A program made the position numbers and the translations under genes. This document shows, one piece after another, positions 19,079 to 29,530 of a stretch of 64,000 bases of DNA; position 1 is the first letter of the stretch; each line of letters opens with the position of its first letter. The DNA is from Rhodothermales bacterium. Lineage in GTDB: Bacteria > Bacteroidota > Rhodothermia > Rhodothermales > UBA10348. The DNA is taken from positions 169,745-233,744 of the forward strand of contig JAEPNP010000004.1 of the NCBI GenBank assembly GCA_017643395.1, read 5' to 3'. The notes beneath the pieces are model-generated. The model did no database searches. It saw nothing but the letters and a program-made list of their open reading frames with translations, and was not told the origin of the DNA.

Positions 19079-19567
19079 ATGATGTTTGTGCAACATGTCG
19101 AACGGCTCATGGTCCGGGAACTGACCACCATGATTGCCGAGGTCCGCGCCCTGAACGACGACGAACTGCTGTGGACCTGTCCATCGGGCATCACCAACTC
19201 GATCGGCACGCTTGGTCTCCACATGGCCGGCAGCCTCAGGCATTTCGTCGGGGCCGGGATGGGCACCACGGGGTATGTGCGGGACCGGCCGCATGAGTTT
19301 GCGGCGCGCGGACTCTCGGGCGATGCCGTCATCGCCACTCTTGAGGCGGCGATCGCGGACATTCGGGCGACGCTGCCCACCCTATCGGAGGCGAAGCTCT
19401 CCGAGGAGGTACTGATCAACGGCGTGACCATGAGCAACAGCCTTTTTCTGCTTCACATGTGCGCCCACACCGCGCTTCACGTCGGGCAGGCCGGCTACCT
19501 CCGGCGCATCCTCACCGGGCAGAACGAGTCCGTGGGCGTGGCGCTCATGTCGGCACTTGTGGGTTGA
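19079..19567 (+). CDS. DinB-superfamily protein (cytoplasmic)
   Basis: 162 aa with no signal peptide and His-containing helices (LGLHMAGSLRHF; HMCAHTALHVGQ). Confidence 0.65.
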   Translation: MMFVQHVERLMVRELTTMIAEVRALNDDELLWTCPSGITNSIGTLGLHMAGSLRHFVGAGMGTTGYVRDRPHEFAARGLSGDAVIATLEAAIADIRATLPTLSEAKLSEEVLINGVTMSNSLFLLHMCAHTALHVGQAGYLRRILTGQNESVGVALMSALVG

Positions 19568-19593
19568 GCCGCGCCACGTGCGTTTTTCTGACG

Positions 19594-20388
19594 ATGGCGC
19601 AGCCCGAGGGCTACGTCATCGATGATGACCTGGTAGCACCCGAGTTGTCCGTGCGAGGCATCGCCGTGCATTCGGTGCCGTGGCAGCAGGTCGGCCGCGA
19701 AGATTGGTCCCATGTCGACGGCGTCGTTGTTCGATCGACGTGGGACTATTACAACGACCCGGACGCCTTCCTGGAGGTGTTGGCCTCGGTACCGACCCGC
19801 ATGATGAACCCGCTCGACACCCTGCGCTGGAATATCGACAAGCGCTACCTGCTCGACCTGCGTGACTCCGGGGTGCCCATCGTGCCGACCCGCCTCGTGA
19901 GCGACGGACGTCGTCCGGGACCCCTCGACTATCCGTCAGTCGTCAAACCTCGAGTCTCGGCCAATTCTGAGGGGGCCTGCGTGCTCCGGTCGCCGAAAGA
20001 CCATGCGCGGTTGCCCGAGGGCCCGAGTCTCGTGCAGCCCTTTGTGGCGGAAATCCTCGGCGAAGGCGAACTCTCCCTTTTCTTTTTCGACAGGGAGTTC
20101 AGCCACGCCATTCGCAAAACCCCGGCGACTGGCGACTTTCGGGTTCAGGAAGAACACGGCGGCCTGATTCAGCCGTTCACACCGCCTGCGGAAGCACTGG
20201 AGACGGCCCGACGAGCCCTTCAGGCGGTCGATGGGCCGCTGCTCTATGCCCGCGTTGATCTTGTGCCATTCCAGGGTAGGCATGTCGTGATGGAGCTCGA
20301 GCTGATTGAGCCTTCCATGTACCTGCGCATGCATCCGGAAGCCCCGGCTCGCTTTGCCGCAGCGATCACCGCCTGGCTCAGGCCATAG
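19594..20388 (+). CDS. ATP-grasp domain protein (RimK/glutathione synthetase-like)
   Basis: VVKPRVSANSEG...LVQPFV...GELSLFFF...DFRVQEEHGG...ARVDLV...MELELIEP pattern. Start taken at ATG 19594; the track start at 19459 overlaps the previous gene. Confidence 0.7.
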   Translation: MAQPEGYVIDDDLVAPELSVRGIAVHSVPWQQVGREDWSHVDGVVVRSTWDYYNDPDAFLEVLASVPTRMMNPLDTLRWNIDKRYLLDLRDSGVPIVPTRLVSDGRRPGPLDYPSVVKPRVSANSEGACVLRSPKDHARLPEGPSLVQPFVAEILGEGELSLFFFDREFSHAIRKTPATGDFRVQEEHGGLIQPFTPPAEALETARRALQAVDGPLLYARVDLVPFQGRHVVMELELIEPSMYLRMHPEAPARFAAAITAWLRP

Positions 20389-20465
20389 GTCCGCTGCGAC
20401 GACTCGCGTTGCTTCAAGGTCGGCGCAGGGGGCAGATTTGCGGGCAACCATCCCATCGCCCGTCC

Positions 20466-20834
20466 ATGCATGCTTTTCTGATTGTCGCCCTCGTTGCTCT
20501 TGCCAATCCGGCCCCGGATGCCCAGGACCTGGTGGGCACGTGGCAGGTGGACCTGCGGCCGACCCCCGACTCCGGTCCGTACTATCAACCCTTTGTGGTG
20601 CGTGCGGTGGAGGGTGATGTCATAAACGGCACCTTCTACGGCTCGGCCGTGCAACTCAGTCAGGTGAATACCTCCTGGGGCGACGTGCAGATCGCATTTG
20701 TTACCACGGACGGATCGGCGCAGCGGTACGTGACCATGGCACGACTGGGTGACGATGGCGTGCTGCGCGGCTCAACGTATTCGCCGGATCGCGACCTGCT
20801 TCAGCCGTGGACGGCCGAGAGGGAGGACAAATAG
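20466..20834 (+). CDS. hypothetical secreted protein
   Basis: Signal peptide MHAFLIVALVALANPAPDAQ followed by a beta-rich roughly 100-aa domain. Start at the internal ATG 20466. Confidence 0.5.
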   Translation: MHAFLIVALVALANPAPDAQDLVGTWQVDLRPTPDSGPYYQPFVVRAVEGDVINGTFYGSAVQLSQVNTSWGDVQIAFVTTDGSAQRYVTMARLGDDGVLRGSTYSPDRDLLQPWTAEREDK

Positions 20835-20895
20835 CAGCACTGTTGCAAACCCGCCGGGCATTTCCGGGTCAAAGACCGGCACGAACTGCACGTCC

Positions 20896-22110
20896 ATGTC
20901 TCGATTATTCCTTGTCCTGGCGACGCTCTGGGTCGCCGGACCGGCTTCTGCTCAGACCACCGAACTGTTTGCGGATGTGATGGCCTCCTGGCCGGACCTT
21001 GAGGCCGCGGTGGTGGAGGCGAGACATGACATTCACCAGCACCCGGAGTTGTCCGCGCAGGAGTACCGCACCGCGGAGAAGGTCGCTGAATGGCTCGAAC
21101 GCTACGGCTGGGAGGTCCGTCGCGGGATCGCAGAAACGGGAGTCGTGGGCGTTCTGAATGGGGGGCTTCCAGGACCCCTGGTGGCATTCCGGGCGGACAT
21201 GGATGCGGTGGAAAGCACGGCACCTGATCCCGTACCGTATGCCAGCCTGACACCCGGAATCCGCCATATCTGCGGTCATGACGTGCACACAGCCGTCGGG
21301 CTTGGTCTGGCCGCCGTGCTTGCAGAAGCACGCGACCGGCTGCCGGGGGCTGTGATGCTGATCTTCCAGCCTGCGGAAGAACGCGCCGATGGGGCATCCC
21401 GCATGCTGGAGGATGGCCTTTTCGAGGAGCACCTACCCGAGGCCGTGTTCGCCCTGCACACCGCGCCATATTCCGTTGGGCACGTTGCAACCATGCCTGG
21501 AGGCATGATGGTGTCGCGGTCGTGGGTGCATGTCGACATCACGGGCTCGGGAGATCTGGATGGTGCGGCAGCGGCTGCACGATCCCGTGTGATGGCCGAG
21601 AGCACGGTAGCGCCGATGGCGGCGTCCTTCCCATCGCCCCCGGATGCCGTGCTGGTTCAGCTGGCACCGACCCGAGGGAGCGGGGACTCACGCACGATTC
21701 GTGGGCAACTCATGACCGGGAGTCCGGTGATCCTGGACAGACTGGCACGCACGTTCGCAGCCATGGGCGACTCACTGAGTTCTGCTGACGTGCGAGTCGA
21801 AGCCCGCCTGATCCCCGCAGCCATTCCCGGCGTGCAGAACGATGCGACCCTTGTGGAACAGTCCAACGCGTCCCTTGCACGCCTGACGCCGGACGTGACC
21901 GTGCATGGCATTGAGTCTGTCGTACCTGCCTTCAGCGAGGACTTTGGTCACTTTCAGCGGCACACTCCGGGCGTTATGTATTTCCTTGGCGTCGGCCGTC
22001 AGGGTTTGCCGCACAGCGCGGGATACGTCGCGGACGACGCGGCGATCGGCGTGGGCGTGCGGGCGATGACCGCCGTAATGCTGGATCGGCTTTCCGTTCA
22101 GGACGGCTAG
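20896..22110 (+). CDS. M20D-family amidohydrolase (hippurate hydrolase/aminoacylase-like), secreted
   Basis: Signal peptide MSRLFLVLATLWVAGPASAQ. Motifs HQHPELS, FRADMDAV, HICGHDVH, FQPAEE. Confidence 0.8.
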   Translation: MSRLFLVLATLWVAGPASAQTTELFADVMASWPDLEAAVVEARHDIHQHPELSAQEYRTAEKVAEWLERYGWEVRRGIAETGVVGVLNGGLPGPLVAFRADMDAVESTAPDPVPYASLTPGIRHICGHDVHTAVGLGLAAVLAEARDRLPGAVMLIFQPAEERADGASRMLEDGLFEEHLPEAVFALHTAPYSVGHVATMPGGMMVSRSWVHVDITGSGDLDGAAAAARSRVMAESTVAPMAASFPSPPDAVLVQLAPTRGSGDSRTIRGQLMTGSPVILDRLARTFAAMGDSLSSADVRVEARLIPAAIPGVQNDATLVEQSNASLARLTPDVTVHGIESVVPAFSEDFGHFQRHTPGVMYFLGVGRQGLPHSAGYVADDAAIGVGVRAMTAVMLDRLSVQDG

Positions 22111-22215
22111 GGACCGCCGCTTTCGCGGCCTTTGCGAACCTCGAGGGTGCTGATCCGTCCCAGCATGGAGCGCCTGCGGTGAGTACGGCAGGCAGCTGGA
22201 GCCTAGGAGCAGGGC

Positions 22216-22602
22216 ATGCCCGTCACGAGTACCAGACATGAGCGCGGAGTCATCTGGCTTTGCGATGGACTGGTCACCGGTGAAGAACTTCTTCTGGCGA
22301 ACAGCGGAGACGCGCTGCTTTCACCCCTGCCGGAATTCGCGATCGTGGACCTGCGGGCAGTGACAGGTATCGACGTCTCGCACAGGGATCTCGCTTTCCT
22401 GGCCAGCCAGGACTCGCGCCTCACGCGGCTGCGACCGGGGTTTCAAGTTGCGTTCGTTTCCCCGAGTCCGGAGATCAGGGAGCTGGTGGAACGGTATGTG
22501 GACTACCTGTGCAAGCTGACGTTGCCCCCCGCAGACTGGGAGGTGCTCGTCGCAGATGCCATGGACGACGCCTGGGCGTCTGTGGGCTGCGCGGGGTCTT
22601 GA
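22216..22602 (+). CDS. hypothetical protein (weak STAS-like resemblance)
   Basis: 128-aa ORF with ordinary composition. AIVDLRAVTGIDVS resembles STAS-domain strands. No firm family call. Confidence 0.4.
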   Translation: MPVTSTRHERGVIWLCDGLVTGEELLLANSGDALLSPLPEFAIVDLRAVTGIDVSHRDLAFLASQDSRLTRLRPGFQVAFVSPSPEIRELVERYVDYLCKLTLPPADWEVLVADAMDDAWASVGCAGS

Positions 22603-22768
22603 GGGCGCTTGGGGGGGGGCCGGCGGGGCGCAGCCTTGGGGGCTTGGCACGGGCTCGGCGCGGGCTCGGGGGCGCGGCGCGGGCCTCGGCGCAGGGGCGG
22701 GGCGCGGCCTTGGGGCGCACCCGACCGGTGCGGCACGCAGGGCGCGGCCTTGGGGGGGGCGCGGCGGC

Positions 22769-23108
22769 GGCCACTGGGGCGCCCCCGACCGGTGCGGGGG
22801 CCAGCTGGGCGCGCCGAGTGGAATGAGACCCCCGAATTCCACGTTTGGGCCGCCCAGAGCGCGCCCCGAGTGGAATACGCCCTCGGATTGCATGTTTGCG
22901 CCGACCCGGGCACGGCCAGAGTGGAATAGGGCGCCCGGATTACATTGCGCCCCCGAAATGGCGCTCCCCGACCATTCGAGCCGGCTCGGCGTGGCCGGCG
23001 CCGCGGCCTCCAGGGCGAACCGATCTCTGGCCGGCCAGGCCGCGTGAACCCTACCGGGCGGCGCGGCGCGGGGCGAGACAACCGGTGCGGCGCACATGGC
23101 GCGGCCGC
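22769..23108. repeat. long repeat unit A (about 340 bp)
   Basis: Starts GGCCACTGGGGCGCCCCCGACC. Contains the perfect hairpin GTGGAAT-N11-ATTCCAC at 22818-22842. Confidence 0.8.
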
Positions 23109-23460
23109 GGCCACTGGGGCGCCCCCGACCGCCGCGGGGGCCGACTGGGCGCGCCGTGTGGAATGAGGCCCCCGAATTCCACGTTTGCGCCGCCCGCAGC
23201 GCACCTCGAGTGGAATACGCCCTCGGATTACATGTCTGTGCCGGCCGACGCAGGTCACAAGTGGAATCGGGCCCCCGGATTACACGTTTGCGCCTCCGAA
23301 ATGGCGGTTCCCCGGCCGGCGGCGCCTGCTCGCCGTGTCCCGCGCCGCGGCCTCCAGGGATGAACTTCCCTCTGCCCGGCCGGCGGCGCCTGCTCGCCGT
23401 GTCCCGCGCCGCGGCCTCCAGGGTGAACCGCTCTCTGGCCGGCCTGGCCGCGGCCGCGGA
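23109..23460. repeat. long repeat unit B (about 340 bp plus 64-bp internal duplication at 23311-23374 / 23375-23428)
   Basis: Collinear with unit A with scattered substitutions. Perfect hairpin at 23158-23182. The CCCGGCCGGCGGCGCCTGCTCGCCGTGTCCCGCGCCGCGGCCTCCAGGG stretch is duplicated. Confidence 0.8.
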
Positions 23461-23617
23461 CGTGAACCCGACCGACCCGCCGCGCGGCCCCGGGGAGCGG
23501 GTCGTCCGGCGTCTGACGCACGGGCGTGCCGGGTGGAGTGAGGCCCCAGCCGTCTAGCGAACTTTCGCTGGACCGGGCGGTCCAAGCTGACTGCTCCCGC
23601 CCACCGCCCGCCTGACG

Positions 23618-26600
23618 ATGCAGCCAGAGACGTACCAGACCAAGCACCCCGTACGATTCGTCACCGCCGCTTCCCTGTTTGACGGCCATGACGCGGCCAT
23701 CAACATCATGCGCCGCGTGCTTCAGGCATCGGGCGCCGAGGTGATCCACCTCGGCCACAACCGCAGTGTGCAGGAGGTCGTGGACACCGCCATCCAGGAG
23801 GACGTGCAGGGCATTGCCGTCAGCTCCTACCAGGGCGGCCACATGGAGTACTTCAAATACATGCACGACCTGCTGCAGGAAGCAGGCTGCGGCCACATTC
23901 GCATCTACGGCGGCGGCGGCGGTGTGATCGTGCCGTCGGAGATCCAGGAGCTCCACAGCTACGGCATCGCCCGCATCTTTTCCCCGGAGGATGGACTGGC
24001 GATGGGCTTGCAAGGCATGATCAACGTCATGCTCGAAGAATGCGATTTCCCCCTCCCGGGCGTGAGGGACGGCTCGAGCCTCGGCACGCGATCGGCGAAG
24101 GTCATGGCCCGACAGCTGACTGCCGTAGAAGCGGAGGCAGCCGCTGAACCCGCGTTGCCGGCAGGCCCCGAAGGCGACGGAGGCATGTCCCTGGGCATCA
24201 CGCTCAAGCCGGTCCCGGTGCTTGGAATCACGGGCACGGGAGGCGCGGGCAAGTCCACACTCACCGACGAGGTTATCCGCCGCTTCCTCAACGATTTTGA
24301 CGATGTGGAGATCGCCGTCATCTCAGTGGACCCGACGCGCCGGAGAACCGGCGGTGCGCTGCTCGGCGATCGCATCCGCATGAACGCGATCTACGGCGAG
24401 CACGCAGACCGCGTCTACATGCGCTCATTCGCGACGCGCCAGGCCCACCGCGCCACCTCAAAGGCGCTGACGGACTCCATCGCAGTGTGCAAGGCCGCAG
24501 GGTTCGACCTGGTCATTCTGGAAACGGCGGGCATCGGCCAGTCCGATACCGAGGTCACCGAACTCGTGGACCTCTCGATCTACGTCATGACTCAGGACTA
24601 CGGCGCCTCCACGCAGTTGGAGAAGATCGGCATGCTGGATGCGGCCGATCTCGTGGTGCTCAACAAGTTCGAGAAGCGCGGGAGCGCGGACGCCCTGCGG
24701 GACATCCGCAAACAGATGCAGCGCAATCAGGCGGCCTTCCACGAGGACCCCGATACCATGCCGGTCTTTCCGACCATGGCATCGAAGTTCAACGACTCGG
24801 GCGTGAGCCGGCTTTACCTCGCGATTCTGAGTCGTCTGAACGAGAACTACGCATTCGACCGCGAAACCCGGCTCTTCGAAGACGCGGACCTGCCGGAGCT
24901 ACCCGCCGTAGAGACCGCGGTTATCCCGCCGCGTCGGCAGCGCTACCTCGGAGAGATCGCCGAAAGTTGCCGGACATACCGCGATCATGCGGAGGAGCAG
25001 GTGGCCATCGCCCGAAAATGGGGTCAGGCAACGGGCGCACTGCAGCAACTGAACGAGTGGGATCCTGAAGACCGGGACACACTGGTGGCCCGGCTGGACC
25101 AGATGGTCAAGCACTGGTGGGACCGCCTGGACGCCCGCAGCAAGGGCATTCTCGAGCAGTGGGATGACGTGGCCGCCCGATACACGGCGGAAACGTTCAC
25201 CTACACGGTGAGGGGGCGCGATTTTGAAGTGCCCCTGTACCGAGAGTCGCTGAGCGGCACGCGCATCCCTCGGGTGGTACTGCCACGCACCGAGGACCCC
25301 GGAGAGCGCCTCCGGTTTGCGCTGCTGGAGAATCTGCCGGGCTACTTCCCGTTCACGGCGGGCGTCTTCCCGTTCAAGCGTGAAGGCGAGGACCCAACAC
25401 GCATGTTCGCTGGAGAGGGCAACCCGGAGCGAACCAACCGCCGCTTCCATCTGGTCAGTGAAGGCATACCGGCCAAGCGCCTGTCGACGGCCTTCGACTC
25501 GGTGACCCTGTACGGCTTCGATCCGGACGAGCGGCCCGACATCTACGGCAAGGTGGGCAACGCGGGCGTCAGCATTTGCACGCTCGACGACATGAAGCGG
25601 CTCTACTCCGGGTTCGACCTGTGCGACCCGGCGACGTCCGTTTCCATGACCATCAATGGCCCGGCTCCGATGCTGCTGGCCATGTTCATGAACACGGCCA
25701 TCGACCAGCAGGTGGAGCGCTACCTGCGCGAGGCCGATCGCTGGGAAAAGGTCGAGCGGGAGATCGAGGAGCGGCTCGGATCCCATCGCCCGAAATACCG
25801 GCCCACCGGACCGACCGGCCCCGAAAAGGAGCTGCCGCCAACCCATGACGGATCCGGACTCGGGCTGCTGGGCACTACAGGCCAGGAACTGGTCGATTGG
25901 GGGCTGCTCAGCCAGGAGGAACTTGACCGCATTGCCGCCGAGGCCGTCAGCCGTGTCCGTGGAACGGTGCAGGCCGACATTCTCAAGGAAGATCAGGCGC
26001 AGAACACGTGCATCTTCTCCACCGAGTTCGCCATGCGGCTCATGGGCGATGTGCAGCAGTACTTCATCGACCACCGGGTGCGCAATTTCTACTCGGTATC
26101 GATTTCGGGGTACCACATTGCCGAAGCGGGCGCCAACCCGATCTCGCAGTTGGCGTTCACGCTGTCCAACGGTTTCACGCTGGTTGAGTACTACCGCAGT
26201 CGCGGCATGGACGTCAACGCGTTCGCGCCGAACCTGAGCTTCTTCTTCTCGAACGGCATGGATCCCGAGTACTCGGTGATCGGCCGCGTGGCACGACGGA
26301 TATGGAGCGTCGCGATGCGCGATCTCTACGGGGCCAACGAGCGCAGCCAGAAACTCAAGTACCACATTCAGACCTCGGGACGCAGTCTGCACGCCCAGGA
26401 GATCCAGTTCAACGACATCCGGACCACCCTGCAGGCCCTGATGGCGATCTACGACAACTGCAACAGTCTGCACACGAACGCCTATGACGAGGCCATCACG
26501 ACGCCGACCGAGGAGAGCGTGCGCCGGGCGATGGCCATTCAGCTGATCATCAACCGGGAGTTGGGCCTGGCGAAGAACGAGAATCCGCTCCAGGGCGCAT

Positions 26601-27061
26601 TCATCATCGACGAACTGACCGACCTGGTCGAAGAGGCTGTGCTCGTGGAGTTTGAGCGCATCAACGACCGGGGCGGCGTGCTGGGCGCCATGGAAACCAT
26701 GTACCAGCGCGGACGCATCCAGGAGGAGTCGATGTACTACGAGCGCAAGAAGCTCTCGGGCGAGCTGCCGGTCATCGGAGTGAACACGTTCCTGGGCGCG
26801 GACGAAGATCAGTCGGGCGATGCGCCCGTCGCCCTGATGCGGTCTTCCACTGCGGAGAAAGACGCCCAGATTGCGTCTCTGCGCAGCTTCCAGGCACGCA
26901 ACGCAGAACAGAGCTCGGCGGCGCTGGGCCGCCTTCAGGAGTCGGCGCGGGCCGGAGAAAACGTGTTTGCCGTGCTCATGGACGCGGTGAAAGTGTGCTC
27001 TCTGGGGCAGATCACTTCGGCACTGTTTGAGGTCGGCGGTCAGTACCGGCGGAATATGTAG
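23618..27061 (+). CDS. icmF: fused isobutyryl-CoA mutase (B12-binding domain + MeaB-like GTPase + mutase catalytic domain)
   Basis: 1147 aa. N-terminal B12 domain ([11 protein letters not shown]...GGGGGVI), P-loop [12 protein letters not shown], then a C-terminal acyl-CoA mutase TIM barrel. Confidence 0.9.
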   Translation: MQPETYQTKHPVRFVTAASLFDGHDAAINIMRRVLQASGAEVIHLGHNRSVQEVVDTAIQEDVQGIAVSSYQGGHMEYFKYMHDLLQEAGCGHIRIYGGGGGVIVPSEIQELHSYGIARIFSPEDGLAMGLQGMINVMLEECDFPLPGVRDGSSLGTRSAKVMARQLTAVEAEAAAEPALPAGPEGDGGMSLGITLKPVPVLGITGTGGAGKSTLTDEVIRRFLNDFDDVEIAVISVDPTRRRTGGALLGDRIRMNAIYGEHADRVYMRSFATRQAHRATSKALTDSIAVCKAAGFDLVILETAGIGQSDTEVTELVDLSIYVMTQDYGASTQLEKIGMLDAADLVVLNKFEKRGSADALRDIRKQMQRNQAAFHEDPDTMPVFPTMASKFNDSGVSRLYLAILSRLNENYAFDRETRLFEDADLPELPAVETAVIPPRRQRYLGEIAESCRTYRDHAEEQVAIARKWGQATGALQQLNEWDPEDRDTLVARLDQMVKHWWDRLDARSKGILEQWDDVAARYTAETFTYTVRGRDFEVPLYRESLSGTRIPRVVLPRTEDPGERLRFALLENLPGYFPFTAGVFPFKREGEDPTRMFAGEGNPERTNRRFHLVSEGIPAKRLSTAFDSVTLYGFDPDERPDIYGKVGNAGVSICTLDDMKRLYSGFDLCDPATSVSMTINGPAPMLLAMFMNTAIDQQVERYLREADRWEKVEREIEERLGSHRPKYRPTGPTGPEKELPPTHDGSGLGLLGTTGQELVDWGLLSQEELDRIAAEAVSRVRGTVQADILKEDQAQNTCIFSTEFAMRLMGDVQQYFIDHRVRNFYSVSISGYHIAEAGANPISQLAFTLSNGFTLVEYYRSRGMDVNAFAPNLSFFFSNGMDPEYSVIGRVARRIWSVAMRDLYGANERSQKLKYHIQTSGRSLHAQEIQFNDIRTTLQALMAIYDNCNSLHTNAYDEAITTPTEESVRRAMAIQLIINRELGLAKNENPLQGAFIIDELTDLVEEAVLVEFERINDRGGVLGAMETMYQRGRIQEESMYYERKKLSGELPVIGVNTFLGADEDQSGDAPVALMRSSTAEKDAQIASLRSFQARNAEQSSAALGRLQESARAGENVFAVLMDAVKVCSLGQITSALFEVGGQYRRNM

Positions 27062-27170
27062 GGCCGTTGGTCGGTTTTGGTGCCGGAGGGGCTTTCTCCG
27101 ACACGGATCAGGTGTGATTTTGCGCTCTCGGGGATGTTGTTGCCCGAGTCAAATTTCCTGATCTACCTCT

Positions 27171-28895
27171 ATGCGTCACGTCTTCCGGGCCCTGCTGGCG
27201 GTGGCCCTGTTCTGCGCTTCCGACCTGGCCGCTCAGTCCACGGCCGAACAAGTGACATCGCTGACCGACCAGGGTCGCGACCTGCGTGGCTCCGATCCCG
27301 CGCAGGCCGACTCCCTGCTTGCGAAGGCGATCCGCCTGGCCGTCGCGGCAGGCGATTCGGCCGGAGTGGCCCAGGCGTTGATTTATGTCGGCAATCTGCG
27401 CTACTTCGAAGGCGCGTTTGAGCAGGCGCAGGGGCTGTACTTCCGTGCCTTCGACGCCGCAGAGGCTGCCGGCGCGGGAGGGATCCGGGCCCACGCCATG
27501 AACGAGATGGGCACGCTCTATCGCCGGCAGGGCGATCTGGACAAGGCCCTCGAGTACTTCGTGCAGGGCCTGGAGGTGTCCCGCGCCGCCGCCGACAGCG
27601 TGCAGATCGCGAACTCCATGAACAACATGGGCATCGTGCACGACAACCAGGGAGATTTCGAGCAGGCCATGCAGCTGTTTTCGGAATCGGCGGATATGAA
27701 GCGCGCCATCGGCGACGTGAACGGATTGACATACAACCTGGACAACATGGGCATCACGTCGTCGCGCCTGGGCCGGTTCGCGCAGGCGGAGCAGTACTTC
27801 CGGGAAGGTGCGGCGCTTCGGGAGCAGCTGGGCGACCGGCTGGGCTACGCCATCATCCTCAACAATATGGCCGGCATGTTTCTCGAAAGGGGCCAAACGG
27901 GCCGTGCGCTGACCGAATACGAAAAAGTACTGCCGGTGTCACGTGAGCTCGCGTATGCCGACTTCGAGCGTCACATCCTCGAACAAATGGCCCGCGGATT
28001 TGAAGAGCAAGGTGATTGGCAGGCGGCACTCACCCACCAGAAACTCGAACGCACGCTGGCCGACAGCCTGTTCAACGAGGAGCGCAGTCGTCAGATTCTG
28101 GCGATGCGCGAGGAGTTTGAGACCGAGCAGAAAGAGCAGACCATCGTCCTCCAGGAGGCGCGACTGGAGCAGCAGTCGGCTGCCCTTCAGCGGAACTACC
28201 TGCTGCTGGGTTTTGCCCTCGCCGCACTCCTCGCACTGGGCGCTACCATCGCTCTCCAGCGTGCCCGTGCCGAGGCCCGGATCCGCGCCGCGCAGACACG
28301 CGCCACCATTGCGTCCGAAGACCGGGAGCGGCAACGCATCGCCGGAGATCTCCACGATGGGCTCGGGCAGCTGATCACAACCGCCAGGCTCTCCCTCGGT
28401 ACTGAAACCGCCTCCCCCGCGGTCTTTGACGAGATGTATGACGAGATGCGCCGGGTGGCATTCAATCTCATGCCGGCCGCACTCGTCCGTGGCGACCTCC
28501 ATGCCGCCCTCCAGGAGCTGGCTGCCCGCGTCCAGGCCGCAGGTGGTACCGTGCATGTGCATGCAGGAACCCTGCCTGACCTCGGGCCGGAGACACGGCA
28601 CTCGGTCTATCGCATCGTACAGGAGTGGCTTTCCAATGCGCTGAAACACAGCGGAGCCAAGGAGGTCTTCGTACAGATCCACGCTGACGAGGGGGCGCTT
28701 GAGGTGACGATCGAGGATCAGGCCCCCGGATTTGATCCGGCCACCCTCGAGGCGGGTTCCGGTCACGGCTGGCCGAACATCCAGGCGCGCGCACGCGCGA
28801 TCGGAGGCACGGTGCGCGTCGAGAGTACTCCTGGAAGGGCCGGCACCACCCTGCATCTCATGGCAACACTCGTCGAGGCGCGCGAAGCTGCATGA
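27171..28895 (+). CDS. TPR-repeat sensor histidine kinase (HisKA_3/NarX-type)
   Basis: Signal peptide/TM, multiple TPR units (NMGIVHDNQGDFEQA-type), a second TM, H-box IAGDLHDGLGQ, and an HATPase domain. Confidence 0.8.
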   Translation: MRHVFRALLAVALFCASDLAAQSTAEQVTSLTDQGRDLRGSDPAQADSLLAKAIRLAVAAGDSAGVAQALIYVGNLRYFEGAFEQAQGLYFRAFDAAEAAGAGGIRAHAMNEMGTLYRRQGDLDKALEYFVQGLEVSRAAADSVQIANSMNNMGIVHDNQGDFEQAMQLFSESADMKRAIGDVNGLTYNLDNMGITSSRLGRFAQAEQYFREGAALREQLGDRLGYAIILNNMAGMFLERGQTGRALTEYEKVLPVSRELAYADFERHILEQMARGFEEQGDWQAALTHQKLERTLADSLFNEERSRQILAMREEFETEQKEQTIVLQEARLEQQSAALQRNYLLLGFALAALLALGATIALQRARAEARIRAAQTRATIASEDRERQRIAGDLHDGLGQLITTARLSLGTETASPAVFDEMYDEMRRVAFNLMPAALVRGDLHAALQELAARVQAAGGTVHVHAGTLPDLGPETRHSVYRIVQEWLSNALKHSGAKEVFVQIHADEGALEVTIEDQAPGFDPATLEAGSGHGWPNIQARARAIGGTVRVESTPGRAGTTLHLMATLVEAREAA

Positions 28896-29503
28896 CCGAG
28901 CCGGCGATTCGTGTGATGCTGGCAGACGACCACGGTGTTCTCCGTGAGGGTCTCGCCGCACGGCTGGGGGCAGAGACCGACCTGTCGGTCGTGGCTTCTG
29001 TGTCCTCGGGCCAGGGAGCGCTCGACGCGCTGGCCGGCACGCACGTGGACGTACTCGTGAGCGACCAGTCCATGCCTGAGATCGATGGGCTGACGCTGGC
29101 CCGGGAGGTCCGCAGGCTGTATCCCGACACGGCGGTGCTGATTCTGACCATGCACGAGGATGGCTATCTGCAGGAGGAGGCACGCCGGGCGGGAGCTCGC
29201 GGTCTGGTGCTGAAACGAGCACCGGTTTCTGAGCTGGCGTCCGCCATCCGCACGGTCAGCAGCGGCGGAGAGGTGTTTCCCGCGAAACCCCCGGACACGC
29301 CGACTGCGCTGCTGAGCCCCCGCGAGCGCCAGGTGCTCAAGCTGGTCGTCGCAGAGCAGTCCAACCTCCAGATCGCCGAGACGCTTTTCATATCGGTGCA
29401 GACCGTGGAGACACACCGGAAGAACATCTTCCGAAAGACCGGCGCGGGGTCGCTTGTGGGGCTGGTCAATTTTGCCCACGCGAACGGACTGCTGCAGGAG
29501 TAG
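28892..29503 (+). CDS. NarL/LuxR-family response regulator
   Basis: REC domain (VMLADDH...DVLVSDQSMPEIDG) plus LuxR HTH (LSPRERQVLKLV...TVETHRKNIFRK). ATGA overlap with the kinase. Confidence 0.88.
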   Translation: MTEPAIRVMLADDHGVLREGLAARLGAETDLSVVASVSSGQGALDALAGTHVDVLVSDQSMPEIDGLTLAREVRRLYPDTAVLILTMHEDGYLQEEARRAGARGLVLKRAPVSELASAIRTVSSGGEVFPAKPPDTPTALLSPRERQVLKLVVAEQSNLQIAETLFISVQTVETHRKNIFRKTGAGSLVGLVNFAHANGLLQE

Positions 29504-29530
29504 GCCGGCGACATGGGTGCCGGGACCAAC

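Larger units (their letters stand above)
22603..23560. repeat. complex GC-rich nested tandem repeat block (intergenic)
   Basis: Two roughly 340-bp direct copies plus partial copies at both ends, each holding three roughly 55-bp sub-repeats built on GTGGAAT...ATTNCAY hairpins, and a 64-bp internal duplication. Confidence 0.85.

Noticed and set aside
22321-23557. Many overlapping ORFs on both strands (for example 22321-23097 minus, 22503-23258 minus, 22556-23047 plus, 22845-23363 plus, 23096-23557 plus)
   Set aside because: The translations are Pro/Arg/Ala/Gly low-complexity strings in every frame, as expected for very GC-rich repeats. The repeat period of 340 bp does not preserve reading frame, and the ORFs mutually overlap.
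22603-23560. CRISPR array interpretation of the repeated GTGGAAT-containing motifs
   Set aside because: The sub-repeats are degenerate. The sequences between them are only about 18-20 nt and recur between the two 340-bp units, so they are not unique spacers. No cas genes are present. This is a nested tandem duplication, not a CRISPR array.
22760-23617. Adenosylcobalamin riboswitch upstream of the B12-dependent icmF (GCCACTG- and GGTGC-like strings are present)
   Set aside because: The strings are in the wrong order and context for the cobalamin riboswitch core, and they are part of the duplicated repeat. B12 riboswitches normally control B12 supply or B12-independent isozymes, not B12-dependent enzymes.
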